Part shown: positions 47,055 through 57,579 of the stretch, in pieces
How the letters are laid out: every line of letters starts with the position of its first letter
How positions within the stretch are numbered: position 1 is the first letter of the stretch
Source: an uncultured bacterium
GTDB lineage: Bacteria > Acidobacteriota > Thermoanaerobaculia > Multivoradales > JAHZIX01
Length of the DNA: 64,000 bases
NCBI GenBank assembly: GCA_965368975.1
Contig: CBDUPA010000015.1
Location: forward strand, 1-64,000
Direction: 5' to 3'
Position numbers and translations under genes: made by a program
Notes under the pieces: model-generated
Database searches by the model: none
Told to the model about the DNA's origin: nothing
The model's input: the letters and a program-made list of their open reading frames with translations, nothing else

Positions 47055-47816
47055 CTACTCCTTCTCGTCCTGCCGAGAGGGCCCCGCCACCACCATCCCC
47101 TCGACGCTCCCCTCCGCAGGCGGCCACTCGATCAGCAATCCACCACCCACGCCCTTGGCCACGTCCGGCCCGTACAGCCAGTCGAGCACATACATCCCCG
47201 CCTCGTAGCTCTTGACGCCTCCCTGCGACGTCACCGCCTTGCCGTGGTGCACGAAGCTCACCTGCCGCTGCACGTCGATCTTGTCGAAGGTCTGTTCGAA
47301 AAGGTCGTGGTCCGACGGAAACGTCGTCGCGGCCAAGTCATCGAGCAAGCCGGCTTCGGCGAGCACGAACGCGCCCCAGCACAGGGACATGACGACCTTC
47401 GCTTCACCACCGACCTTGCGCACCCAGTCGATCATCACCTTGTTTTCGCGGTCCGAACCGCGGCTGTTCTCGGCGCTGGCGACGACCAGGATGTCGATCG
47501 GTTGGGCGGTTTCAAAGCTGTAGTGCGCCTGCACGATCAAGCCCTCCGCGGTGGTCACGGGCATGCCGTCCGCCGAGACGGTGAAGGTCTCCATGCCGGG
47601 TTGAACCTGGTAGACGGCGTGATTGAACAGATCGTAGGGGGCGACGAGCTCGGTGTTGTAGATGCCGTCGACAAGCAGGAAGCCAACGCGCAGGGGGCGG
47701 TCTTCGGGGATCTCGGGAGCAGGGGGGCGGGTCCACGGCAGGTCGGCGGCGTGCAGGCCCGCGGTCATCGAACAGAGGGACAGTAGAACGACCGCGGTAG
47801 CAGCGAGAAAACGCAT
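47055..47816 (-). CDS. Secreted DJ-1/PfpI-family protein
   Basis: ELVAPYDLF, DILVV, SLCWGAFVLAEAGLLD. Confidence 0.88.
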   Translation of the reverse strand: MRFLAATAVVLLSLCSMTAGLHAADLPWTRPPAPEIPEDRPLRVGFLLVDGIYNTELVAPYDLFNHAVYQVQPGMETFTVSADGMPVTTAEGLIVQAHYSFETAQPIDILVVASAENSRGSDRENKVMIDWVRKVGGEAKVVMSLCWGAFVLAEAGLLDDLAATTFPSDHDLFEQTFDKIDVQRQVSFVHHGKAVTSQGGVKSYEAGMYVLDWLYGPDVAKGVGGGLLIEWPPAEGSVEGMVVAGPSRQDEKE

Positions 47817-47917
47817 GAGGATCGGGCTCCTGGAAGGTCGGAATTCGTACTTCGGGTGGTCGGCAGTGTACCATTCGGGCGCATCCAGCTCGTCTGGTTC
47901 CAGGAGGACTCCATACC

Positions 47918-49825
47918 GTGACCATGCACCGCTTCTCGCACTCCACCGCCCTCGTGGCGCTCAGCTTGACGGCCTTGTCGATGGCCGTGCTGGCAGGCCT
48001 CTTCGCAGGCCCGGCCCACGCGGCCTTCCCGACCGCCGTCAACAGCCAGATCACCGACATCGTCGAGTCGGCCCACAACGCCGGGGAGCTGTTGCCGCCC
48101 GACCATGGGTGGGACGGCGCCAGCAGACGCTTCATGCTCGACGACGATCACCCGTGGGTGACGCCGGCAGAGGTGACCAACCTGACCGACTCGCCGAGCT
48201 ACGACGAGACCGTCGCCTGGCTGCAGCGGCTGGTGGAAGCGGTACCGCAGTTGCACCTCGAATCGCTGGGCAAGAGTCCGGAAGGCCGCGACATCTGGAT
48301 GGTGATCGCGTCGACGGACGGCTCGACTCCGGAGGCACTGAAAGCGAGTGGCAAGCCGCTGCTGCTGGCGCACAGTGGCATTCACTCGGGCGAGATCGAC
48401 GGCAAGGACGCAGGGCTGATGCTGCTGCGCGACATGACCGTCGCCGGCCGGCACACGGGGCTACTGGACCACGTCAACCTCCTGTTCATCCCAATCCTGA
48501 GCGTCGACGGGCACGAGCGCAGCTCGACCTTCAGCCGCATCAACCAGCGCGGTCCGGTCACGATGGGCTGGCGTTCGAATGCGCGCAACCAGAACCTGAA
48601 CCGCGACTTCAGCAAGCTGGACACGCCCGAGGTGCGAGCACTGATCGGCGCCTTCCGGCGCTGGCAGCCGGACCTCTACATCGACCTGCACGTCACCGAT
48701 GGCGCCGACTACCAGTACGACATCACCTGGGGCTATACCGGTCAGCACGGGTACTCACCGAATATCGCGCGCTGGCTCGACGACGTGCTGTCGCCGGCCT
48801 TGCACCGTGACCTGGAAGCGCAGGGGCACATCCCAGGCCCGCTGATCTTCCTGGTCGACAAGCGCCGTCCCGAACAGGGCAACTACGGCTGGACCGCCAG
48901 CCCGCGCTTCTCCAACGGCTATGGTGACGCCGCTCAGCTCGCTTCGGTGCTGGTGGAGAATCACAGCTTGAAGCCCTACGATCAGCGCGTGCTCGGCACC
49001 TACGTGCTGCTGGTCAGCGCGCTCGAGACGTTGGGCTCGCACGGTGAAGGGCTGCGCCGAGCCACCGCCGAGGACCGCGCGCGGCGCGCCGATCCGGTGC
49101 CGCTGACCTGGACGACACCGTCCGACACGGCGCCCGAGACGTTCACCTTCAAGGGCATCGAGTTCCGCCTCGAACGTTCGGCCGTCTCCGGCGGTCTGCG
49201 CCAGGTATGGACCGGTACACCAGCGGAGTGGCAGATCCCGCTGGTCGAGTCGAGCCAGCCACTGCTGAAGGCGAGCCGCCCGGCCGCCTACTGGCTGCCG
49301 CCGGCCTGGGGTGACGTCATCGAGCGCTTGCGTCTGCACGGCCTCGCTGTCGAGACAATCGACGAGGCCACCGAGGTCGAAGTCGAGATGTACCGCCTGG
49401 TGGACCCGCTGCTCGACTCGATGCCGTTCGAAGGGCACCCTCGCGTCAGCGCGACGCCGGTCGCCGAACGACGCCGCGTCACCTTCCCTGCCGGTTCCGT
49501 GCGCGTACCGACCGACCAGCCCCTGGGCACACTCGCCGTGCTGCTGCTGGAGCCGGCGTCTCCGGACTCGTTCTTCCAGTGGGGCTTCTTTCTCGAGGTG
49601 TTGCAACGCACCGAGTACTTCGAGAACTACGTGATGGAGCCGCTGGCCGAGCTGATGCTGCGTGAGTCGCCGGAGCTGGCGGCCGAGTTCGAAGCCAAGC
49701 TACTCGACGACCCCGACTTCGCCGGTGACCCGAGCGCGCGCCTGCTCTGGTTCTATGAGCGCACGCCCTTTTCCGACGTCCGCTACCAGCTCTATCCGGT
49801 CGGCCGTGAGCTATCGACGCCGTGA
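47918..49825 (+). CDS. M14-family zinc carboxypeptidase
   Basis: GIHSGE (HxxE), NLNRDF, IDLHVTDG; signal peptide. Confidence 0.92.
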   Translation: MTMHRFSHSTALVALSLTALSMAVLAGLFAGPAHAAFPTAVNSQITDIVESAHNAGELLPPDHGWDGASRRFMLDDDHPWVTPAEVTNLTDSPSYDETVAWLQRLVEAVPQLHLESLGKSPEGRDIWMVIASTDGSTPEALKASGKPLLLAHSGIHSGEIDGKDAGLMLLRDMTVAGRHTGLLDHVNLLFIPILSVDGHERSSTFSRINQRGPVTMGWRSNARNQNLNRDFSKLDTPEVRALIGAFRRWQPDLYIDLHVTDGADYQYDITWGYTGQHGYSPNIARWLDDVLSPALHRDLEAQGHIPGPLIFLVDKRRPEQGNYGWTASPRFSNGYGDAAQLASVLVENHSLKPYDQRVLGTYVLLVSALETLGSHGEGLRRATAEDRARRADPVPLTWTTPSDTAPETFTFKGIEFRLERSAVSGGLRQVWTGTPAEWQIPLVESSQPLLKASRPAAYWLPPAWGDVIERLRLHGLAVETIDEATEVEVEMYRLVDPLLDSMPFEGHPRVSATPVAERRRVTFPAGSVRVPTDQPLGTLAVLLLEPASPDSFFQWGFFLEVLQRTEYFENYVMEPLAELMLRESPELAAEFEAKLLDDPDFAGDPSARLLWFYERTPFSDVRYQLYPVGRELSTP

Positions 49826-49983
49826 GCCAGGACGCATGCCCCGCCTTTGGCTGGCGACCGGCTGCCTTTGGCTGGCGACCCACCGCCCCCCAGCCTTGAC
49901 GCCAGGAACCCTCGAGATTTCCAGTTTCCGACATCTTCCTAGAACCCTGCCGCCATGAACCGTCCTCAGGAGACCTTCTCACG

Positions 49984-52635
49984 ATGCAAGACTTCACCTC
50001 TGTCTACCGAATCGCTCCCCCACGGCGACACGGCTGGCCTCTCTTTGGCGCCGTGCTCCTGCTACTCGCCGTGCTCCTCGTGCCGATGAAGACCGATGCC
50101 CAGGACGCGGGCAGCCACACCCCCGGCAAGGCCCACGAGACGCTCGAACTCAGCAAGTTCCTCGTCCTGACTTCTCAGAGCCTGCCCGCCTTTTCTCCGG
50201 AAGCGGCCGAGGACGCGAAGGCCGACGCCGCGGACCTGCTCGACCTGCAACTGCTCTCGATGCAACCGGACGGCAAACCGCTGTGGCCGGCCGAGGGTGA
50301 TCGCGCCAAGCTGCCGGGCAGCGGTGAGCTGAGCTGGCGCCTGGCCGACGGCCTGCCAGCGCCGGGCGACGGCACCCAGCTCGCCTACCTGGCCGCCTAT
50401 GTCGAGGCCACGCGTTTCACCAACGCCAAGCTGACGGTCACCAGCCAACACCCGCTGCGCGTCTACCTCGATGGCGAGCAGCTGGCCGAGAAGAAGAGCA
50501 GCGAGGCCGCCGACGCCGATGCTGGGAGCACCGAGGCGGAACTGCCGCTGACCACCGGTAAGCACCTGCTGCTACTGCAGGTCGCCTACAACGTCGAGGC
50601 CGGTGGCTGGAGCCTCGACGCGCGGCTCGAGAGTCCGCACCCGCTGGCGACGTCGACCGATCCGGCGCACACTCTGCGCCTGACGGATGTACTGGACCGC
50701 GACGACGTCACGGATGTCAGCGTTTCGGCCGATGGCGCCTTCCTCGCGCTGTCGCTGCGCAATCCGGCGGTACCAGCTGAGCATGGCGAGACCTGGATGG
50801 AACTGCGACGCACCACCGACGGTAGCCGTGTGCGCACGCTGCACGAGTTCGCCAGCTTCCAGTGGCTGCCCGAGGGTCACCAGTACAGTTACACCCGCAG
50901 TGCCGACGACAAGGCGACGCTGTGGCTGGCGTCGCCGGAGGGTGGCGACATCGAGCGCGTGCTGCACGGCGTAAAGAACCTGGGTTCCTACGCCTGGCTG
51001 CCGGACGCCTCGGGCGTCGTCTTCAGCGTCAGCCAGGACGAAGAGGAGAACGACCTGGGTGCCAAGCGCTACCGTCACCCCAACGACCGTTGGAGCGGCT
51101 GGCGCGGCACGTCGAGCTTGCACCACGCCGTGCGCGGCGGGGGGCAACGCCCACTGACGCAGCCGCATCGCACGCTGTACTTTGCCGACATCAGCCCCGA
51201 TGGCACGCGCCTGCTACTCAGCAACAGCCGCGTCGACCCGACGCGCCGGCCGTTCAGTGAAAGCACCCTGTACGAGCTCGACCTGGCGACGCTGGAAAGC
51301 CGCGAGTTGACCACCATCACCTGGATCGGCGGCAGCCAGTACAGCCCGGACGGCAAGAAGCTGCTGATCACCGGCGCCCCGACCGCTTTCGGAGATGTCG
51401 GCGTCAACGTGCCCGAGGGCGTGCTGCCCAACGAGTACGACACCCAGGCCTACCTTTACGATCTGGCCAGCGGTGAGGTCGACCCGATCACGCGCGACTT
51501 CGCCCCCAGCCTGATCGACACCTCCTGGTCGCACGGTGACGCCAACTCGATCTACCTGCGCGTCACTGAGGGACCGCAGAATCTGCTCTACCGCTACGAT
51601 GTCGCCGCCCGCAGCTTCGAGCGCCTCGAGGTCGGCCTGACCAAGGTCGACGGCATGGCGATCGCGCGCAAAGCGCCGGTACTGGCGGGCTATGGTTCCG
51701 GTCTCGAGCAGCCCGAGGAAGCCTTCCTGCTCGACCTGGCGTCGAACGAGCCCAAGCAGCAGCGCCTCTGGGGCCCAGCGACCGACCTCTCCAAGATTCG
51801 CCTGGGCAAGATCGAACCGCGGGACTTCGAGACCGAGGACGGCACCATCGTCGGCCGCGTGCACTACCCGCCGGACTTCGACCCGGCCAAGAAGTACCCG
51901 CTGCTGGTCTACTACTACGGCGGCACCGCACCCGTCGAGCGTGAGTTCGCGGGCCGCTACCCGAAGAGCCTGTGGGCGGCGCACGGCTACCTGGTCTACG
52001 TCCTGCAGCCGAGTGGCACGTACGGCTTCGGCCAGGAGTTCGCCGCCCGGCACGTCAACAACTGGGGCAAGACAGTGATCGGTGAGATCGTCCACGGGGT
52101 CGAGACCTTCCTGGAGCAACACCCCTACGCGGACGCCGACGCGGTCGGCTGCCTCGGCGCCTCCTACGGCGGCTTCATGACCGACCTGCTTCTTGCCAGT
52201 TCGGACGTGTGCAAGGCCGGCATCTCGCACGCCGGCATCTCGGACTTGACCAACTACTGGGGACACGGCTGGTGGGGCTGGCTCTACAACGCCGCGGCCG
52301 CCGCCGACAGCTATCCGTGGAACCGTCGTGATCTCTACGTCGACCAGAGCGCCATCTACCACGCCGACAAGATCACCGCACCGCTGCTGCTGCTGCACGG
52401 CGCGGCGGACAACAATGTGCCGCCGGCACAAAGTGAGACGCTGTACACGGCGTTGTCGGTGCTCGGCCGCGACGTCGAGTTCATCACCTTCGACGGCGAA
52501 GGTCACCAGATCTTCAACTACAAGCCGCGCGTCCTGTGGGCGCAAACCATCATCGCGTGGTTCGACCGGCACCTGAAGCAGCAGCCCGAGTACTGGCAGC
52601 ACCTGTGGGGCACACCGGAGAAGCCGAAAGGCTGA
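49984..52635 (+). CDS. S9-family serine peptidase
   Basis: GASYGG, HGAADNNV, EGH catalytic triad; propeller region. Confidence 0.93.
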   Translation: MQDFTSVYRIAPPRRHGWPLFGAVLLLLAVLLVPMKTDAQDAGSHTPGKAHETLELSKFLVLTSQSLPAFSPEAAEDAKADAADLLDLQLLSMQPDGKPLWPAEGDRAKLPGSGELSWRLADGLPAPGDGTQLAYLAAYVEATRFTNAKLTVTSQHPLRVYLDGEQLAEKKSSEAADADAGSTEAELPLTTGKHLLLLQVAYNVEAGGWSLDARLESPHPLATSTDPAHTLRLTDVLDRDDVTDVSVSADGAFLALSLRNPAVPAEHGETWMELRRTTDGSRVRTLHEFASFQWLPEGHQYSYTRSADDKATLWLASPEGGDIERVLHGVKNLGSYAWLPDASGVVFSVSQDEEENDLGAKRYRHPNDRWSGWRGTSSLHHAVRGGGQRPLTQPHRTLYFADISPDGTRLLLSNSRVDPTRRPFSESTLYELDLATLESRELTTITWIGGSQYSPDGKKLLITGAPTAFGDVGVNVPEGVLPNEYDTQAYLYDLASGEVDPITRDFAPSLIDTSWSHGDANSIYLRVTEGPQNLLYRYDVAARSFERLEVGLTKVDGMAIARKAPVLAGYGSGLEQPEEAFLLDLASNEPKQQRLWGPATDLSKIRLGKIEPRDFETEDGTIVGRVHYPPDFDPAKKYPLLVYYYGGTAPVEREFAGRYPKSLWAAHGYLVYVLQPSGTYGFGQEFAARHVNNWGKTVIGEIVHGVETFLEQHPYADADAVGCLGASYGGFMTDLLLASSDVCKAGISHAGISDLTNYWGHGWWGWLYNAAAAADSYPWNRRDLYVDQSAIYHADKITAPLLLLHGAADNNVPPAQSETLYTALSVLGRDVEFITFDGEGHQIFNYKPRVLWAQTIIAWFDRHLKQQPEYWQHLWGTPEKPKG

Positions 52636-52781
52636 GCCCACTTCCGGTATCGCACGACACCTCGGGTACCGCGAAGGTTCTTCGAGAAGCACAAAACGCC
52701 GCCGGGCTGCCATTCTTTCACGGCGCCCCGGCGGCGTTTCTCCTTCGGGCGAGGAGTTCGTTCGGACGAAGGTCGCGCAGC

Positions 52782-54674
52782 TTACTGCGTCAGGCCGTTG
52801 AGTGCCTCGATCAGCTCCGGATCCTTGGCTTCCAGCTTGGGCAGCATCTCCATGCCCAGGCCGTAAGAGGCGAAACCACCATCAGCCGGCCGGGCCAGGA
52901 CGACCAGGATCGGCTGCAGCACGTCGTCCTCCAGCGGCTGCGACGCGGCCAGCTTGGCCGCAATCTGTGATGCATTGACGGAACTCGGGAAGACAACCCA
53001 GCCGTCACCAGCCGCGGCAGCTCCGTCACCGTCGGACCAATCACCCTGAGTGAAGCGCAGGCGCTTTTCTTCATAGTCCACGAGACCGGTGAGCAGAGCG
53101 AGGCTGCGCTCGTCGTCGATGGTGGCGATCAGACCGTCCAGCCAAGGCCGGATCGCCTCCCAATTGCTCCACAGGTCACCTTCCGACCAATCGAGAACCT
53201 CACGCTCGATGCCACCCAGGCGCTCCAGCACGTCGTAGAAACGGGGCACCAGTTCGTTGCCCATCGATTGCCCGAGCACCACGACAGTCGCCGGCGTCAG
53301 CGCCACGATGTGGTGGAAGAACATCTCGACCTGCGCCAGCTGCGGCGAAGTGCCGGCCTGGCTCAGAGGCACAAAGTAGCCACTGAAGAACGTCTTGTCG
53401 TTCTCGATCTCTTCGATGTCCTGCGGCGGCAGCTTGGTAAAGGGGTACTCGATGCGCAGCGAGTCGAGATCGAACTCGACCTCGTGTTCTTCTTCGGTCA
53501 GCCGCGCTGGCGGCCACAGGCGCAGGCGGTGGAACTGCACGATCTCGGCACCGAGCAACTTGAGGCGGGCGCCCGAGAGGACGCTGGCCGAGATCTCTTC
53601 CGGCGTCTCCTCTTCGAAGCCGATGACGAAGGAGCAGGTGCACGACAGGCCGTTGTCGCGCAATTCGGTGATGGTGTCGAAGATCTCACCTTGATCCAGA
53701 TGCTTGTCGAACGCTTCTTGCATGCGCTCCGACGCCGACTCGACGCCGAAGAACAGCTTCCAACAGCCCGCTGCCTTCATCTTCGGCAACAGCCCCGGCA
53801 GCTTGATGTCCGTGCGCGAGTTGGCCATCCACTGCACCGGCATGTTGGCTTCGATCATCGCGTCGCAGAAGTCGGACATGAAGCGCTTGTTGACCGTCAG
53901 CAGGTCGTGCACCAGCACGAAGCTGTCGTAGCCGAGTTCTTCGTAGAGAAAGCGCAACTCGTCGATCAGCACCGGCACCGGCTTGACGCGGAACTTACGC
54001 CGCCAGAACGGCGCCGTGGCGCAGAAGGTGCACTTGAAGGGACAACCGCGCCCAGCCTCGGTGTACACCAGTCGCCGTGCCGAGTCTTTGGGGATGGTGT
54101 CGGCGTAGCGCCGCAGATCGATCGCATCCCCCAGGTCGCTCCAGGCATTGCCCAGCTGCGACATATCGATCAGTTCCCCTTGCGGGTTGGAACGGAGTTC
54201 GCCGTTGTCACGGAAGTGCAAGGACGGAATGTCCTGCCAGCTGCCACCGTTCTCCAGCGCCGCGATCAGCGAACTGATGGCCTGCTCTCCCTCACCTTCG
54301 ACAGCGAAGTCGAGGTGCGGGATGCGCTCGAGTGACTCCTTGGACAGCGCGCCGAAGTGGGGACCGCCGGCGATCGTTACCAAGGCTTCGTTGGCTTCTT
54401 TGGCAGCGGTGACCAGGCGCGCCGCCTGCAGGCTGTTGTTGTACATCGAGGTGACCGCCAACATTTCCGGTTCGAAGTCCGTCAGCTGCCGCATCATCAG
54501 GTCGACCGATCGCTCATGCTCACTGCCATCGCCTTCCTGAATATCCAGATCGAGGTCGAGGATGCGCACGTCATGCCCCTCGTGCCGCAGCCAGCCGGCG
54601 AGAGTACACAGACTGACCGGTGGATTGACCTCTGTTCCCGGCGACAGGGGCGGTTGCATCAGTAGGGTCCTCAT
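52782..54674 (-). CDS. B12-binding radical SAM protein
   Basis: N-terminal cobalamin-binding region (GGPH...GEGE), GRGCPFKCTFC, FGVES; AAGGAGG RBS. Confidence 0.93.
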   Translation of the reverse strand: MRTLLMQPPLSPGTEVNPPVSLCTLAGWLRHEGHDVRILDLDLDIQEGDGSEHERSVDLMMRQLTDFEPEMLAVTSMYNNSLQAARLVTAAKEANEALVTIAGGPHFGALSKESLERIPHLDFAVEGEGEQAISSLIAALENGGSWQDIPSLHFRDNGELRSNPQGELIDMSQLGNAWSDLGDAIDLRRYADTIPKDSARRLVYTEAGRGCPFKCTFCATAPFWRRKFRVKPVPVLIDELRFLYEELGYDSFVLVHDLLTVNKRFMSDFCDAMIEANMPVQWMANSRTDIKLPGLLPKMKAAGCWKLFFGVESASERMQEAFDKHLDQGEIFDTITELRDNGLSCTCSFVIGFEEETPEEISASVLSGARLKLLGAEIVQFHRLRLWPPARLTEEEHEVEFDLDSLRIEYPFTKLPPQDIEEIENDKTFFSGYFVPLSQAGTSPQLAQVEMFFHHIVALTPATVVVLGQSMGNELVPRFYDVLERLGGIEREVLDWSEGDLWSNWEAIRPWLDGLIATIDDERSLALLTGLVDYEEKRLRFTQGDWSDGDGAAAAGDGWVVFPSSVNASQIAAKLAASQPLEDDVLQPILVVLARPADGGFASYGLGMEMLPKLEAKDPELIEALNGLTQ

Positions 54675-54725
54675 GAGCGGTCAAGCCTCCTTCAAGATCT
54701 GTTGACAGTTGGATTCTCAATGCGA

Positions 54726-54760
54726 AGGGCCGCCCGCTGCACGCGGCAGCGGGCGGCCCT
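54726..54760 (-). terminator. 15-bp GC stem-loop between the small ORF and the radical SAM gene
   Basis: agggccgcccgctgc-acgcg-gcagcgggcggccct, perfect inverted repeat with a weak U-tract. Confidence 0.7.
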
Positions 54761-54776
54761 GTACCGGTGAGTTCGC

Positions 54777-54866
54777 TCAGGCAGCGATAACCGGGCGGGT
54801 CGGGTTGACAGCCAGGCTGTTCAGAACCGGATCATCGAACTTCTGAAAAAGCTTATTAGCCTTCAT
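54777..54866 (-). CDS. 29-aa candidate RiPP precursor peptide MKANKLFQKFDDPVLNSLAVNPTRPVIAA
   Basis: Not in the ORF track; strong AAGGAG RBS 6 nt before the ATG; followed by a stem-loop and the co-oriented B12-radical SAM gene. Confidence 0.7.
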   Translation of the reverse strand: MKANKLFQKFDDPVLNSLAVNPTRPVIAA

Positions 54867-55113
54867 ACTGATCTCCTTACGGATAGTGGTTGACGATACC
54901 GACATTCAACATATCGGAGCATACGGACAAGAGGCTGTCAAGTTCCACGGGGGCAGCAGCAGAACTACATAAGATAAACAAAATAATGGACTTACCCTCT
55001 TTCGAAAGTTCTTGCCCGCCACTCACTCTCGACGCCTGTAGTAGAGTCTCACCGGCAAGCATCAGGGGTAGGAAGTCGCGAATCGGAGATCTTTCTGGGT
55101 GAACGGGAACGCC

Positions 55114-57567
55114 ATGAGCGAATGGGTACAGACGGTGCGCAGGCTGCGGCGGCACGCAGGGTTTTCGCTAGCCATCGTGGTGACGTTGGCGTTGGCGATC
55201 GCCGCGACCGTGACGGTCGTCAGTCTGGTGCGCGGCATCCTGCTGCACCAGCTGCCCTACCCCGAGGCCCACCGGGTACTCGAGATCGACCATGCGGCAC
55301 CGGGCTTCGATCTCGATCGGATCGGCATCTCGCCCACGCTCTACCGGCACTACGCCCAGCTGCCCGCCCTGTTCGAGCACATCGGCCTGTATGGAGAGAT
55401 GGAGCTGACGCTCACCGGCGGCGATCTACCGCTACGCATCGCTGCGGCTCGCGCGACCCCCAGCCTGTTCCGCGTGCTCGGCGTCGACCCCGTCCACGGC
55501 CGCACCTTCACGGACGTCGAGGGCACCCCTGGCGCCGCACCGGTGGTACTCCTCAGCCACGGTCTGTGGCAAAGCGACTACGGTGGCGACGAGAGCGTAG
55601 TCGGCCGGCAGATGCGCATTGACGGCGTTGCCAGGCAGGTGGTCGGCATCATGCCCGCAGATTTCGAGTTTCCGTCACCGCAAACCCGACTGTGGGTACC
55701 ACTGGTGGTCGAACCGATCCCCGGGCGACTCGGCTACTTCACCGAGCGCTGCGTCGCCAGGCTGGCGGATGGGGTGCCCCTGGAGACGGCCGACGCGCGG
55801 CTGCGGCTGGTAACTTCGGACTTGATCGGTACCTTCCCGGGCGAGAGTGCCGCCAAGACGTTCCAGGATGCCGGCACCCGTCCGAACTTGAGCACACGTC
55901 TGGAGTACATCGTCGGCAGCGTGCGTACCGTGCTCTGGATATTGGTCGCGGCGGTGAGTCTGATCCTGGTGATCGCCGCCGCCAACGTCGCCAACCTCTT
56001 CCTGGTGCGGCTCGAAACCCGTGGCCACGAACTCGCCATCCGCAGTGCTCTCGGCGGCGGCCGACGTTCCCTGCTGCGCACCATCAGCCAGGAATGCCTG
56101 CTCCTAGCCGCCGCGGCCGGTGTTGGTGCACTGGTCCTGACCAGCTGGATCCTCGGTCTCATCGCGCGCCTCGGACCGCAGACCCTGCCACGCTTGCAGG
56201 AAGTCCAACTCGACACCGGGGCCGTGCTGACGACTTTGGTTGGCGCCGCCCTCGTCACCTGGTGCGCCGGCGTACTACCAGCCCTGAACAGTACGCGCGG
56301 AGACCTGGCGCCGGCACTGCACGAAGGTGGTCGTACCTCCGCCAGCCGTGAGCGCAACCGCTTGCGGGGGTCCCTGGTCGTCGCTCAGGTCGCTCTCAGC
56401 CTCGTATTGTTGATCGCCTGCAGCCTGGTGCTGCGCAGCCTCATCGCCGTGCAGGCGGTCGATCCCGGCTTCCGTGCGGACGGAGCCGTCACGTTCCAGC
56501 TATCCCTCCCCGAGACCGACTACCCGGATGCCGAGAGTCGCACCCGCTTCGTCGAGCAAGCACGACAACGGCTCAGCACTCTGCCCGGCGTGTCCGCCGT
56601 CGGTGCGGCCGGCTACTTGCCGCTGACCAACGGCCTCGACGGCTCCGGCTATGCCTTCGAAGACGCGACGGTGACGGAAGGCGACGCGCCGCTCATCTTT
56701 CTCGACACCAAGACCAGCCCCGGCTACTTCGAGGCCATGGGCATCCCTCTCGTCGAAGGCACCTTGCCGGGCGAAGACAACTACCGCCTGCGCAAGGCTG
56801 AGATCGTCGTCAGCCAGTCGATCGCCCGGCGCTTCTGGCCCGACGGCAGCGCCCTGGGCAAGCGCACCAAGGTCGGTGACCGCACGCGCAGCAGCTGGTA
56901 CACGGTCGTCGCGGTGGTCGGCGACGTGCGCCTATCAGGTCTCGAACTGCCAGCGGACGACATGGTCTACCTGCCGCTGCTGGGCGGCGCGGAGGGCTTA
57001 CAAGACCTCGGTCCGGCGGTGTCCTTCGTCTTGCGCTCCAAGCTGCCAGCCAGTTCCCTGGCGGCGCCCATCCGCAGCGAGATCGCCACCCTCGACCCCA
57101 GCCTCCCGATCACCCTCATCCGGCCGCTGGGAGATCTATTGCGCGACGCGCGCGCCAGCAAAGCGTTCATCTTCACTGTACTGCTGCTGGCGGCGTCGAT
57201 GGCACTGATCCTCGCCGCCGTCGGTCTCTACGGCGTCCTCGCCTACCTGGTCAGTCGGCGCACGCGCGAACTCGGCCTGCGCATGGCCCTGGGCGCGGAC
57301 GGTGGTCGCATTCGCACTTTGGTGCTGCGGCAAGGACTGCGACTGGCGACGCTGGGCGCTGGCCTCGGTCTGATCCTGGCGCTGGCACTCAGCATCGTGC
57401 TCGAGTCTCAGCTCAGCGCGTCTCTGCTCTACGAAGTCGAAGCCCGCGATCCTCTGACCTTCCTCGTCGTGCCCGCCGGTCTCCTGCTGGTCGCCTTCTT
57501 GGCTACCTACGTCCCGGCCTGGCGCGCATCGAGGGTCGACCCGTTGGAGGCTTTGCGCCAGGATTGA
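55114..57567 (+). CDS. Duplicated MacB/FtsX-like ABC permease (ADOP-type)
   Basis: TLALAIAA, NVANL...ELAIRSALG, QVALS, RTRELGLRMALGA, PAWRASRVDP. Confidence 0.92.
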   Translation: MSEWVQTVRRLRRHAGFSLAIVVTLALAIAATVTVVSLVRGILLHQLPYPEAHRVLEIDHAAPGFDLDRIGISPTLYRHYAQLPALFEHIGLYGEMELTLTGGDLPLRIAAARATPSLFRVLGVDPVHGRTFTDVEGTPGAAPVVLLSHGLWQSDYGGDESVVGRQMRIDGVARQVVGIMPADFEFPSPQTRLWVPLVVEPIPGRLGYFTERCVARLADGVPLETADARLRLVTSDLIGTFPGESAAKTFQDAGTRPNLSTRLEYIVGSVRTVLWILVAAVSLILVIAAANVANLFLVRLETRGHELAIRSALGGGRRSLLRTISQECLLLAAAAGVGALVLTSWILGLIARLGPQTLPRLQEVQLDTGAVLTTLVGAALVTWCAGVLPALNSTRGDLAPALHEGGRTSASRERNRLRGSLVVAQVALSLVLLIACSLVLRSLIAVQAVDPGFRADGAVTFQLSLPETDYPDAESRTRFVEQARQRLSTLPGVSAVGAAGYLPLTNGLDGSGYAFEDATVTEGDAPLIFLDTKTSPGYFEAMGIPLVEGTLPGEDNYRLRKAEIVVSQSIARRFWPDGSALGKRTKVGDRTRSSWYTVVAVVGDVRLSGLELPADDMVYLPLLGGAEGLQDLGPAVSFVLRSKLPASSLAAPIRSEIATLDPSLPITLIRPLGDLLRDARASKAFIFTVLLLAASMALILAAVGLYGVLAYLVSRRTRELGLRMALGADGGRIRTLVLRQGLRLATLGAGLGLILALALSIVLESQLSASLLYEVEARDPLTFLVVPAGLLLVAFLATYVPAWRASRVDPLEALRQD

Positions 57568-57579
57568 GCGCGACCCGCA

